Below, piece after piece: positions 7,114 through 16,339 of a DNA stretch of 64,000 nucleotides; within the stretch, counting starts at the first letter, position 1; each line of letters starts with the position of its first letter. The notes below the pieces were generated by a model. The model searched no databases and was not told the origin of the DNA. It saw only the letters and a list, made by a program, of their open reading frames with translations. The DNA is from Chloroflexota bacterium (lineage in GTDB: Bacteria; Chloroflexota; UBA11872; VXNJ01). The position numbers and the translations under genes are program-made. The DNA lies in assembly GCA_965203015.1 (NCBI GenBank), contig CBDBBM010000018.1, positions 153,861 to 217,860 of the forward strand, written 5' to 3'.

Positions 7114-9414
7114 TCAAGATTTACGCAACGCGGCCACGACCCTGGGCGGGGAAAGCGGCAAATCGCGGAGGCGTTCGCCGGTGGCCCGGGCAACCGCATC
7201 GGCGGCGGCGGCCGGCGCAGCCACGATCGAAGCTTCGCCGACCCCGCGCACGCCGAACGGGTGGGCCGGGTTGGGGACCTCGACGATGATGGCCTCGATC
7301 GGCGGGAGATCCAGCGCGGTCGGCGTGCGGTAATCGAGCAGGGAGTCGTTGGCCATGACTCCCTCGGCGTCGTACCAGTACTCCTCAAGCAGCGCCCAAC
7401 CCGCGCCCTGGGCGACGCCGCCCTGCATCTGCCCCTCGACATACGGCGGGTAGATTGCGCGGCCGGCATCCTGCGCGATGGTCCAGCGCAGCACGTCGCA
7501 CTTGCCGGTTTCAAGATCGACTTCGACGTCACAGGCATGGATCGCGTAGGAAGGCGCCTTAACGGTGGGCGCCACCGTGGCGGTCGCCGTCGGCAGCTGA
7601 CCGGCCGCGGACAGCAGGCCGGCCGCCTCGGCGAACTCGGCCTGCTGGCCAGGTCCCGAAAACACCCCGTCGCTGAATTCGATTTCCCCGGGGTCGATCC
7701 CCCATAGTTCGGCCAGACCGTCGGACATTTCCGCCACCAGGCGGCGTCCGGCCAGGATGGCCGCCTGCCCGGTTACGTTGGTGGTGCGCGAACCGCCGGT
7801 CGAGTGGTTGAAACCTACCGAGTCGGTGTCGACGACCACCGGTTGGATGGTGCCAACATCCACCCCCAGGACCTCGGCAAGCTGCAGCGCGATCGAGGTC
7901 CGCGATCCACCTATGTCCACCGACCCCTCGGTCAGGGTGACGCAGCCGTCGGCGTGCAGCCGCAGGTCGAGGGAGGACTCGAACGTGTTGTTGCGCCACA
8001 TGCCGCTGGCAAAGCCCCGTCCGCGGGCCTTGCCCGGCCCGCTCGGTTCCCCCAGCGGGCTCTGCCAGTGGTCGCTCTGTTCGATCGCGTCCAGGCATTC
8101 GACGTTGCCCGAAACCGGCAGCGCGGTGCCGTCGGCACGCCAGGCGCCGGCTACGGCGGCGTTGCGGCGGCGCAGCTCGAGCGGATCAATTTCCAGCACT
8201 TCGCCGATCTCGTTCATCAGCGACTCGACCGCGAAGCTGGAGAGCGGGGCCCCGGGCGCGCGGTAGGCGTGGACGTGCGGCTTGTTGACCAGCACCTCCC
8301 AGCCCTCGATCTCCACGTTCTCCAGCCAATAGGGGCCAAACGCCATCAGCATCGCCTGGAAGAGCGGCGACCCCGGATGCATGCCCGACTCGAGCACGAC
8401 CTCGGCGCGGGCCGCGGTTATGATCCCGCGTTCGTTAACGCCGACCTTCACCTTGGTGCGGCTGGCCGAGGTCGGGCCGGAGGCGCGCAGGACTTCGGAG
8501 CGGCTCATCGTCATCTTCACCGGGCGGGCGCACTTGCGCGCCAGCAGCGCCGCCGGCAGCTCCAGATAGGAGGTAAGCTTGCCCCCGAAGCCGCCGCCAA
8601 TCTCCATGGGGTGGACTCGGATGCGGGCCGGCGAAAGGTCCAGCAGTTCGGCCAATTCGGCCCGGATCGCGAACGCGCCCTGCGACGAGCACCAGACCTC
8701 CAGCTGGCCGTCTTCCAGCCAGCGCGCGGTGGCGTTGTGGGGCTCTATGTAGCCCTGGTGGACCGTAGCGGTCGAGTACTCGCGCTCAAGGACCAGGCTG
8801 GCGGCTTTGAACCCGGCTTCCAGGTCGCCCTGGCCGACCAGCGAATGGACCGCCACGTTTGAGGGCTGCTCGTCCAGGCGGCCGTCGTGGTCGGTGTAGA
8901 CGTCCGGCTGGATCAACGGCGCCCCCGGGGCCCTCGCCGCCTCCGCTGTCATCAGCGGCGGCAGCGTTTCGTATTCGACCTCGATCAGGCGCGTCGCCAG
9001 TTCGGCGGTGTGCGGATCGGTGGCCGCCACGGCCGCGATGGCGTGGCCGTCGTAAAGCACCTTCTCGCGCGCCAGCATGTTCTGCGACTTGTAGGAAATC
9101 CGGGCATCGATCCCCTCGCCCAGTTCGGCCAGATGGTCTTCGATCTGGGGAAGGTCGGCAGCCGAGGCGACCGCCAGAACCCCGGGCACCCTCAAAGCTT
9201 CGGTGAAGTCGATCGACTTGATGCGGGCATGGGCGTGCGGCGAGCGCAGCATTGCGCCGTAGGCCAGATTGCCGGGGAACACGTCGGCCCCGTAGCAGGC
9301 GCGGCCGGTCACCTTGTCGACGCCGTCGTGTCGGACAGGCCGGGTTCCAATTGACTTGAATCCGGTGGACGCGGACGTATTGGGGCGCCCAGTTACTACG
9401 GCCAAACTGCACAT
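7114..9414 (-). CDS. Xanthine dehydrogenase / aldehyde oxidase / CoxL-family molybdopterin-binding large subunit
   Basis: 766 aa. N-terminus FKSIGTRPVRHDGVDKVTGRACYGADV is the family hallmark; size and the GGGFGGK segment also fit. ATG at 9414 is preceded by aaagga. Confidence 0.85.
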   Translation of the reverse strand: MCSLAVVTGRPNTSASTGFKSIGTRPVRHDGVDKVTGRACYGADVFPGNLAYGAMLRSPHAHARIKSIDFTEALRVPGVLAVASAADLPQIEDHLAELGEGIDARISYKSQNMLAREKVLYDGHAIAAVAATDPHTAELATRLIEVEYETLPPLMTAEAARAPGAPLIQPDVYTDHDGRLDEQPSNVAVHSLVGQGDLEAGFKAASLVLEREYSTATVHQGYIEPHNATARWLEDGQLEVWCSSQGAFAIRAELAELLDLSPARIRVHPMEIGGGFGGKLTSYLELPAALLARKCARPVKMTMSRSEVLRASGPTSASRTKVKVGVNERGIITAARAEVVLESGMHPGSPLFQAMLMAFGPYWLENVEIEGWEVLVNKPHVHAYRAPGAPLSSFAVESLMNEIGEVLEIDPLELRRRNAAVAGAWRADGTALPVSGNVECLDAIEQSDHWQSPLGEPSGPGKARGRGFASGMWRNNTFESSLDLRLHADGCVTLTEGSVDIGGSRTSIALQLAEVLGVDVGTIQPVVVDTDSVGFNHSTGGSRTTNVTGQAAILAGRRLVAEMSDGLAELWGIDPGEIEFSDGVFSGPGQQAEFAEAAGLLSAAGQLPTATATVAPTVKAPSYAIHACDVEVDLETGKCDVLRWTIAQDAGRAIYPPYVEGQMQGGVAQGAGWALLEEYWYDAEGVMANDSLLDYRTPTALDLPPIEAIIVEVPNPAHPFGVRGVGEASIVAAPAAAADAVARATGERLRDLPLSPPRVVAALRKS

Positions 9415-9456
9415 TCCTTTGTGGGGTTGCTTGATCTTGATTCAGCTTCAAGCCAA

Positions 9457-9497
9457 ATCTAATCTGTGGAACACCGCCAAATCCAGGCAGATTAGAT
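9457..9497. promoter_or_regulatory. Perfect 10-bp inverted repeat (atctaatctg-N21-cagattagat) in a divergent intergenic region
   Basis: Arms at 9457-9466 and 9488-9497. The repeat is AT-rich in a GC-rich genome, lying 43-83 bp upstream of the molybdoenzyme start and about 135 bp upstream of vapB. Confidence 0.35.
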
Positions 9498-9630
9498 CAG
9501 GCCCCGCACGCCGCTGCTGACTGCAAAATTGGCCGGACTAACGCCCTCACGCCCGGGGTCGAATATGGGCTTCAACTTCTGGTGGGCCCAAATATGCGAT
9601 TCATGTCCTTCTGTTCAATTTGCTGACACC

Positions 9631-9867
9631 ATGCGTATTTCAGAACGCGGGCAAATCACGATCCCGAAAAAGTTGCGCGACCGGTTCGGCCTGCACCAAG
9701 GCGTCGAAGTTGAAATCTCGGTCGCGGACGGGGGACTGCTAATCCGCAAACTGATTGAGGTCGACCACCCGGTCGACCGCGTATTCGGAATCCTTAAAAA
9801 GGGGCAGCACCCCGGGATTCCGATCGAGGGTGTGGACGCCTACATCGAAGAGATCAGGGGTCGTTGA
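9631..9867 (+). CDS. vapB: AbrB/MazE/SpoVT-family antitoxin (VapB)
   Basis: MRISERGQITIPKKLRDRFGLHQGVEVEISVADGGLLIRK is a swapped-hairpin AbrB-type motif. I chose the internal ATG 9631 over the track start 9529. The stop overlaps the vapC start (TTGA at 9864-9867). Confidence 0.8.
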   Translation: MRISERGQITIPKKLRDRFGLHQGVEVEISVADGGLLIRKLIEVDHPVDRVFGILKKGQHPGIPIEGVDAYIEEIRGR

Positions 9868-10268
9868 TCACCACGGTCGAGGCGAGCGTGGTGGTGGACG
9901 TTTGCGCGGCCGATGATCGGTTCGGACAAATCTCCCCGATTCGGCCGTTCGCCGCCAATGGGGGCGGGGCAGCGATCGCATCCGAGATTGTCCAAGCGGA
10001 ATCGGCGCGGGCGTTCGGCGACTGGCCCCTGCCTGACCGCGCGCTGGGCGAAGTGCACGTGCAGATCTCACCGATAAACGCCTACATTGCGTTCGAGGCT
10101 GGCATGCGCTGGCTGCGGTACCGCCAATGCGGCGGTCCGCGCGCCAGGATTTTGGCCGATTTTCTGATCGGCGCCCACGCCCTGGCGGTCGCCGACGCAT
10201 TCCCGACCAGGGACCGCGGGTTCTACGAGACCTTCTTCCCGGAAATCGCGACCGGCCCACACGACTGA
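9864..10268 (+). CDS. vapC: PIN-domain VapC toxin
   Basis: 134 aa. The C-terminal RARILADFLIGAHALAVADAFPTRDRGFYETFFPEI matches the VapC family that has the LPDFFIGAHA...LLTRD..RYrtYFP signature. Its start overlaps the vapB stop. Confidence 0.75.
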   Translation: MITTVEASVVVDVCAADDRFGQISPIRPFAANGGGAAIASEIVQAESARAFGDWPLPDRALGEVHVQISPINAYIAFEAGMRWLRYRQCGGPRARILADFLIGAHALAVADAFPTRDRGFYETFFPEIATGPHD

Positions 10269-10387
10269 GCTCACCAATCGCGTAAGCCGGTCGCGGGGCG
10301 GCGCTCCCGTTGGTGAATGCAAACGCACCGGAATCAGGCGATTTCAGGGGCGGCTGCGCTCGCGACCTACTCATCCCCCGGCAACGT

Positions 10388-11197
10388 TTACCCGCTCGCA
10401 GAATCGGTCAATCTGCGCACCACTTCATCGTGCAGCCGACCGTTCGTGGCGATCTGAGGTCCCGCCGGGTTGCCCGCGCTACCGGCCGCATCGGTGATTC
10501 GGCCGCCCGCTTCCTCAACGATCGGAATCAGCGCGGCCACGTCCCACTGGCTCAGGTCGGCGCCGTCGATCATCACGTCCGCCGCCCCTTCCGCGACCAG
10601 GCAGAAGCCCCAGAAATCGCCGAACGCGCGTACCCGCCAGGCGTCATCGAGCAACTCCCGGGCCCCGGGCCAACACTCAAGCGTGGCGACGATGTCCCCG
10701 CAGGAGACCTGCGCCTCCTCGAGCCGGCCGACCGAAGACACCCGGATCCGCTCCCGATCGCTCCGTTCCCGCCGGTCGGTCGGGCCGCGATAGGCGCCCA
10801 GGCCGCGACCCGCCCACCACCGCGTTCCCAGAGCCGGCGCGGAAACCACACCGATTTCGATGGTCCCGCCGCATTCGCAGGCGATCAGGGTTGCCCAGAC
10901 GGGAATCCCGCGCATGTAACTGTGGGTTCCGTCAATGGGATCGAGAATCCACCGCGCCGGTGCCTCCTGGGTTCCAGGGTCACCGCCCTCTTCTTCGCCG
11001 AGAACGGCGTGATCCGGGAAGCGCGCGGCTATGCGCTCGCGCAGCACGGACTCAGTCTCAGTGTCGGCGGGGGTCACGAAGCTGCCGTCCGGCTTGCGTT
11101 CGACGGCGTGATCGCTGCGGTAAACACCCATTGCAATCGCATCAGCGGTGCCGGCCAGTTCGAGCGCGAAGGCCAGGATTTCCGCGGTCGAAGTCAA
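10388..11197 (-). CDS. Inositol monophosphatase family protein (possibly histidinol-phosphatase HisN type)
   Basis: 269 aa with IMPase motifs ...HAVLGEEEG... and WILDPIDGTHSYMRGIPVWATLIA. Confidence 0.8.
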   Translation of the reverse strand: MTSTAEILAFALELAGTADAIAMGVYRSDHAVERKPDGSFVTPADTETESVLRERIAARFPDHAVLGEEEGGDPGTQEAPARWILDPIDGTHSYMRGIPVWATLIACECGGTIEIGVVSAPALGTRWWAGRGLGAYRGPTDRRERSDRERIRVSSVGRLEEAQVSCGDIVATLECWPGARELLDDAWRVRAFGDFWGFCLVAEGAADVMIDGADLSQWDVAALIPIVEEAGGRITDAAGSAGNPAGPQIATNGRLHDEVVRRLTDSASG

Positions 11198-11270
11198 TTT
11201 TCCGGACGCTCCAGCCGGCGGGCACCGCGTTCATCGTCCGCGCCTGGATCCCGGCTGGTCGGGCGCGCGC

Positions 11271-13535
11271 TCAACCGCCGACGCCGGTCACGTAGAAAGG
11301 ACTCGTCCAGGCGCAGTTGCAGTCGGACTGGACGATTCGCAGATGGTAGCCGGCTTCGCAGACCTCGGCCGGTTCGACTTTCCAGTCGAATTCGACCAGC
11401 TCCGGGCCGCCGCGGGTAACCCTTTCGACCTGTACCCGACGCTCGATCTCGCCGGCCGCATGGGTGTAGACCTCATCGACCAGCCGGTCCAGGTCCAGTT
11501 CGAATTCCACTCCACCGGCATCGAATTCGAGACGGCCGCCGGGACCTGCAAGAGAGAGTTCGACCCCGTCCATGTCGCCCTCGGTGACCGAGGTCCACCG
11601 GACCTGTCCGCCGTCGCTGCGGTCGATGCCCTCGGCCGGGTGGTCGAAACCCACCCCTTCCGCCGACAGGATCCGGTTGGCGGCCACGCGGGCCCCTCCG
11701 GACCAGGGAACCGAGCGGCGACGGCCGCGGCTGGCGGCGCCGCTCCAGGTGATGCGCAGGCGCGACGAGTCGGCGCTGCGGCGCGGCCGCAGCGACTCCA
11801 GCGGCTCCCAGTCACGCAATAGATCCACACGCTGGATCGGGGCGGTGCCGTCCACGAACCCGGCAATCGACAGCGGAGCGCCCGGCCCCAGCGGCACGTC
11901 GGCGCCGATCGGCTGGCCGTTGGCATTGGCCGAAATCAGGATCCGCACCCCGGTCGTGCCGTAGCAGCGGCGCTCGCGCAGGGCCGCAAATATCGCCTCG
12001 CGCGAGAGCTCGTCGGTTATCACCGCGGCCAGTCCGCCGGTAACGCCCAGCCCGTCCTCGCCGGATTTGACGGCCGGGCGGGCCGCCCCGGGACGTCCGA
12101 CGTGGACGTCGCTGCCGCACAGGTAACCGACCTTGAGCCCGCGCGCGCGGGCGTCATGGCCCAGCCATTCGAACGTCCCGTGGGCCGAGTGCAGCTCAAC
12201 AACCGGCTCCAGCGAAGGGTCGTGAAAGTCGAGGTTGGCGTAGCGCCCGCCCACGTGCGGGACCAGCAGCACGTCGCTGCGCCCCGAGAACAGCTCGTGC
12301 AGTTCGCTGACCGGGCAGGCATCGCTGCCGGCGTCGCCGACCTCGCGCAGCAGGGCGTGCGAGGACCGGTGCAGGGGGCCCGAATCGGCCAGGAAATGGA
12401 CGTTGCGGTCACCCCCGGTCGTGGTGTTGCCCGACCACTCCCAGCCGAAAAACGGCACGAACCGCCCGGGCCGGTGCAGCGCCGCGGTCAGTCGGCCCAG
12501 ACGGGCCAGGAACTTGTTGGTGATCTGGAAATCGTTGGCCTGGTGCCCGACGAATTCACAGAACGCGTCATCGCGCGCAAACCGAAAGTAGTCGGCCGCG
12601 TCCAGGGTGCCGACCGACTCGCGGCTCTGCCCGTGCATGTCGCCCCAGCGGACCCGCCGACCCTGCGGAAGACTCTCCAGGACGTGCACCGGGTTCGAGC
12701 GGGCGTCCGGCAGGTCCCCGGAACTGGCCCGGAACCTGAGCACCCCGGTGGCGGGTACCGAGATGCCGCCGACCACCTTCGCGCCGGCGTCTTCGGGGGT
12801 GAACTCGACTTCCGCGGGCAGCCCCCGGACCGGCAGATCGGCCGCGAGCGCGACCCGCGCGCTTGCCTGCTCGTCGCTGTTGCCCCACTTGTCCACCAAC
12901 CGAACATGCAAATCGATTGGCTCGCCCGGCCGGAACTGCGATCCGCAACGCAGTTCGATCGCGCTGGCGCGGTCGCCGAAAACGCCCAGGAAGGGATGGT
13001 CGGCGACCGGGAAATAGCGCTGCGCGCCGAACGGGTCGGCCAGGACCTGGAATTCCGATTCCGGCTCCCGGAAGGTCTGGGCGCGCCGCCCCGGGCCGCC
13101 GCCCGAGCGGTCGCCGTAGGTGACCACCACCCGTTCGCCGGGCCGCAGCGAACCGTTGGCGATCGTGACCTGCAGGGTGCGGCGGAAGGGACGCTCGTTC
13201 AGGGTCTCGAACCAGGCCAGTTCGACCTGGGCCTCGCCGTCGGTCTCAGCGGTCGTGTATCCGGATTCGCCCGGGCGATCGAATTGCGGCCGCTCCCAGT
13301 CGCACACCTGGCGTTCGCAGATCCGGATGTGGGCACCGTCATCCATTCCCACCCGCCCGCATACGAACGTGACCCGCCAGGTCCCGTACGTGCCGGCGGC
13401 CACCGGATCGCGGGGGTCAATCCAGGCCCGGCCCAGCAACTCGCCGTCGAACGGGGCGATGATGCCGGAGAACGGGCGCCCGGCCGCATCCGGCGGTGCG
13501 GTCTGGGGCTGAGGACGCCTAGAATCTGAATTCAT
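11271..13535 (-). CDS. Large hypothetical protein with a PHP/DUF3604-like metallohydrolase core (function unknown)
   Basis: 754-aa ORF with normal amino-acid composition; the antisense ORF 12102..13529 is Arg/Gly/Pro-rich. Segments WGDMHGQS, LLVPHVGGRY, YLCGSDVHVGRPG and GLAAVITDELSREAIFAALRERRCYGTTGVRI resemble the PHP/DUF3604 pattern. The N-terminal 280 aa or so were not recognised. Confidence 0.6.
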   Translation of the reverse strand: MNSDSRRPQPQTAPPDAAGRPFSGIIAPFDGELLGRAWIDPRDPVAAGTYGTWRVTFVCGRVGMDDGAHIRICERQVCDWERPQFDRPGESGYTTAETDGEAQVELAWFETLNERPFRRTLQVTIANGSLRPGERVVVTYGDRSGGGPGRRAQTFREPESEFQVLADPFGAQRYFPVADHPFLGVFGDRASAIELRCGSQFRPGEPIDLHVRLVDKWGNSDEQASARVALAADLPVRGLPAEVEFTPEDAGAKVVGGISVPATGVLRFRASSGDLPDARSNPVHVLESLPQGRRVRWGDMHGQSRESVGTLDAADYFRFARDDAFCEFVGHQANDFQITNKFLARLGRLTAALHRPGRFVPFFGWEWSGNTTTGGDRNVHFLADSGPLHRSSHALLREVGDAGSDACPVSELHELFSGRSDVLLVPHVGGRYANLDFHDPSLEPVVELHSAHGTFEWLGHDARARGLKVGYLCGSDVHVGRPGAARPAVKSGEDGLGVTGGLAAVITDELSREAIFAALRERRCYGTTGVRILISANANGQPIGADVPLGPGAPLSIAGFVDGTAPIQRVDLLRDWEPLESLRPRRSADSSRLRITWSGAASRGRRRSVPWSGGARVAANRILSAEGVGFDHPAEGIDRSDGGQVRWTSVTEGDMDGVELSLAGPGGRLEFDAGGVEFELDLDRLVDEVYTHAAGEIERRVQVERVTRGGPELVEFDWKVEPAEVCEAGYHLRIVQSDCNCAWTSPFYVTGVGG

Positions 13536-13563
13536 AGGGGAATCACTCGATTAGCAGACGGCC

Positions 13564-13872
13564 ATGATCCAAGAAGTTGACCTGCAGCGCGCCAAGGAAC
13601 TGATCGACGAGGGGATTCCGATCGTCGACGTGCGCGAACAGCGTGATTACGATTCGGCACACGTCCCGGGTGCCGTGCACATCCCATTAAACGACATCCT
13701 GATGGACACGTCGATCCTGCCCGAGGGCGACATTCTGTTTGTCTGCAATGTTGGCGTCACCAGCCGGGTAGCCTCGGAAATGGCGCTGGCCACCGGCCAT
13801 GTGAACGTGTACAACATGTCCGATGGCACCAAGGGCTGGGTGGCTGAAGGCAATCCCGTCGACACCGCCTGA
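13564..13872 (+). CDS. Single-domain rhodanese (sulfurtransferase)
   Basis: 102 aa with IVDVREQRDYDSAHVPGAVHIP and the active-site loop FVCNVGVTS. Confidence 0.85.
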   Translation: MIQEVDLQRAKELIDEGIPIVDVREQRDYDSAHVPGAVHIPLNDILMDTSILPEGDILFVCNVGVTSRVASEMALATGHVNVYNMSDGTKGWVAEGNPVDTA

Positions 13873-13947
13873 GTAGCCCCGAACGGGCCGGAGGCCGATC
13901 CGTCCAAAACCACCACCGCTCAACCGCCGCGAAAGAAGGCCAATAAA

Positions 13948-14784
13948 GTGTTTGCTCCCGAACAGGTACGCCGTTACAGCCGCCACATGCTCCTGCCCGA
14001 GGTGGGACCCCTGGGCCAGAAAAAGCTGCTCGAAGCCTCGGTGGTCCTGATCGGCGCCGGGGGCCTGGGTTCACCGGCCGCCTATTACCTGGCCGCGGCC
14101 GGGGTCGGCAAGATCGGATTGGTCGACCACGACGTGGTCGAGGACTCCAACCTGCAGCGCCAGATCCTGCACGACACCGCCCGCGTCGGCGTGGCCAAGG
14201 TCGAATCGGCCCGCCAGACCCTGTCCGGGCTTAACCCCGACGTTGAAGTGATCACCCACGATGAGGTGATCAACTCCGAGAACGCGCTGCGGATCCTGGC
14301 CGACTACGACTACGTCGTCAACGGCTGCGACAACTTCCCCACCCGCTACCTCGTCAACGACGCCTGCGTGCTCCTGGGCAAGACCATGATCGACGGATCG
14401 GTGCTCAAGTTCGAGGGCATGGTCTCGGTATTTACGCCCGGCAACGGCTGCTACCGCTGCATGTACCCGACCCCGCCGCCCCCGGAACTGGCTCCCTCCT
14501 GCGCCGAAGCCGGCGTGCTGGGAGTGGTCCCCGGCGTGATCGGCTGCCTGCAGGCGGCCGAGACCATCAAGCTGATCCTGGGCCTGGGCGAATCGCTCGA
14601 AGGCCGTCTGTTGACCTGGGACGCGCTGGAGATGGAATTCATTGCCTTCAAGACCAAGCGCCGGGCCGACTGCCCGGTCTGCGGCGACGATCCCGAAATC
14701 ACCGAACTAATCGACTACGAGGAGTTCTGCGGACTGCCCGCACCGCGCCAGGAGCGGGAGATTGCCGCGGTCGGGGCCGTCTAA
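13948..14784 (+). CDS. MoeB/ThiF-family E1-like adenylyltransferase
   Basis: RYSRHMLLPEVGPLGQKKLLEASVVLIGAGGLGSPAAYYLAAAGVGKIGLVDHDVVEDSNLQRQILH, plus two CxxC pairs (CYRC, CPVC). Confidence 0.9.
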   Translation: MFAPEQVRRYSRHMLLPEVGPLGQKKLLEASVVLIGAGGLGSPAAYYLAAAGVGKIGLVDHDVVEDSNLQRQILHDTARVGVAKVESARQTLSGLNPDVEVITHDEVINSENALRILADYDYVVNGCDNFPTRYLVNDACVLLGKTMIDGSVLKFEGMVSVFTPGNGCYRCMYPTPPPPELAPSCAEAGVLGVVPGVIGCLQAAETIKLILGLGESLEGRLLTWDALEMEFIAFKTKRRADCPVCGDDPEITELIDYEEFCGLPAPRQEREIAAVGAV

Positions 14785-14790
14785 CCGGCG

Positions 14791-15537
14791 ATGATCGACC
14801 TGCAAGGGGCTGCCGCCCTGATAACCGGCGGCGGCACCGGCTCGGGCAGAGCCTGCGCCGAAGCCCTGGCGGCGGCGGGCGTCTCGGTCTGCGTCAACTA
14901 CTCGCGCTCGGCCGACGACGCCGAAGCGACCGCCGCCGGAATCTGCAAGCGCGGCGGACGCGCGTTCGCCCACCGGGCCTCGGTGGCCGAAGAGGACCAG
15001 GTCCGGTCGATGGTCGAGCGCACCGTGGCCGAATTCGGACGTCTCGACATAGTCGTCAACTGCGCCGGGATCACCTACTTTGCCCCCCACGACCAGCTGG
15101 ATGCACTCTCCGACGAGCAGTGGGACCAGGTCCTGAAGGTGAACCTGACCGGTTCGCTCTATGCGATCCGCTGCGCGATCGAACACCTCAAGGCCTCGCC
15201 CTGCGGCTGCGTGGTCTCGCTCTCATCGATCGCCGCGCTATCCGGGAGCGGGAGTTCGATCCCCTACGCGGTCTCCAAGGCCGGTCAGATAACCGTCACC
15301 AAGTCGCTGGCGCGGGCGTTCGCGCCGGTCCGCTTCAACGCCATCGCGCCCGGCGTGATCCTGACCCGCTGGGTCGACGGCAAGGACGAATTCGTCGCCA
15401 GCTACGTCGATCGCACCCTGCTCGGCCGGGCCTGCACCGCCGAGGACATCGGTCACGCCTGCCTGTTCCTGTGCCAGGCCCCGTCAATTACCGGGCAAAC
15501 GCTCGTGATTGATTCCGGGTTCCTGCTGGGCCAGTAG
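14791..15537 (+). CDS. SDR-family oxidoreductase
   Basis: TGGGTGSGRA glycine motif, NCAG, and the S...YAVSK catalytic pattern. Confidence 0.85.
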   Translation: MIDLQGAAALITGGGTGSGRACAEALAAAGVSVCVNYSRSADDAEATAAGICKRGGRAFAHRASVAEEDQVRSMVERTVAEFGRLDIVVNCAGITYFAPHDQLDALSDEQWDQVLKVNLTGSLYAIRCAIEHLKASPCGCVVSLSSIAALSGSGSSIPYAVSKAGQITVTKSLARAFAPVRFNAIAPGVILTRWVDGKDEFVASYVDRTLLGRACTAEDIGHACLFLCQAPSITGQTLVIDSGFLLGQ

Positions 15538-15598
15538 CCACAGCGCTCCACTATCGGCGAATATAGAGGACTGACCGCGCAAGAACCGGGACAGCAAA

Positions 15599-16294
15599 TT
15601 GGCCATCGCCAGCAACGAAACATCCGAGTGCGACGACCTGGCGTTCGCCGATTCGCGGCGCGCTGAGCCGGACGGACGGGTCAGCTCCCCCGCCCGGCGG
15701 CGCGGAGCCGCCTGGCCGTCCGACATCCAGGTGGTGTTCGACAAGGACCCGGCGGCCCGCAACATCTTCGAGGTCCTGCTTTACCAGGGACTGCACGCGC
15801 TGCTTCTGCACCGCCTGGCGCATGCCCTCTACCGACGCGGGATTCCGATCCTGCCGCGGTTGATATCACAGATTGCGCGCGTGGTCACCGGGGGTATTGA
15901 AATCCACCCCGGCGCCAGGATCGGCAGGCGGTTCTTCATCGACCACGGGTCCGGCGTGGTGATCGGAGCAACGGTTGAGATCGGCGACGACGTGATGCTG
16001 TACCACCAGGTCACCCTCGGGGCGACCGGCTGGTGGAAGGATGTGGGCAACCCGCACGGACGTCGCCACCCCAAGATCGGCAACTGCGTCACGATCGGAT
16101 CGGGCGCTTCGGTCCTGGGCCCGGTGACGATCGGTCACAACACCAAGATCGGGGCCATGGCGCTGGTGGTCGAGGACGTACCGCCGCGCTCGGTGGTTGT
16201 GGCGCCGTCGGCCACCTACCTCGTCAAAGAGGGCCTGCGCACCTACGGACTGCGGATGCGGTCTTCCGACGTGCCGCCCGAATACCAAATCTGA
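15599..16294 (+). CDS. cysE: Serine O-acetyltransferase
   Basis: [74 protein letters not shown], followed by hexapeptide repeats. The start is uncertain: the track uses TTG 15599, and GTG codons near 15731 are alternatives. Confidence 0.85.
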   Translation: MAIASNETSECDDLAFADSRRAEPDGRVSSPARRRGAAWPSDIQVVFDKDPAARNIFEVLLYQGLHALLLHRLAHALYRRGIPILPRLISQIARVVTGGIEIHPGARIGRRFFIDHGSGVVIGATVEIGDDVMLYHQVTLGATGWWKDVGNPHGRRHPKIGNCVTIGSGASVLGPVTIGHNTKIGAMALVVEDVPPRSVVVAPSATYLVKEGLRTYGLRMRSSDVPPEYQI

Positions 16295-16339
16295 CAACCC
16301 TCGGCCTCCAACCGACGAACCAGCCCGGGCGGCCCTGAC

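Noticed and set aside
12102-13529. 475-aa plus-strand ORF; likewise 7804..8862, 10310..11419, 15866..16852(-), 16928..18202(-), 19068..20354(-), 21864..22832, 41558..42520, 44394..45206, 46749..47753, 46828..47769(-), 52186..53100, 58019..58849(-)
   Set aside because: All overlap genes with clear family motifs on the other strand or frame, and all have Arg/Gly/Pro-biased composition. They were judged to be shadow ORFs.
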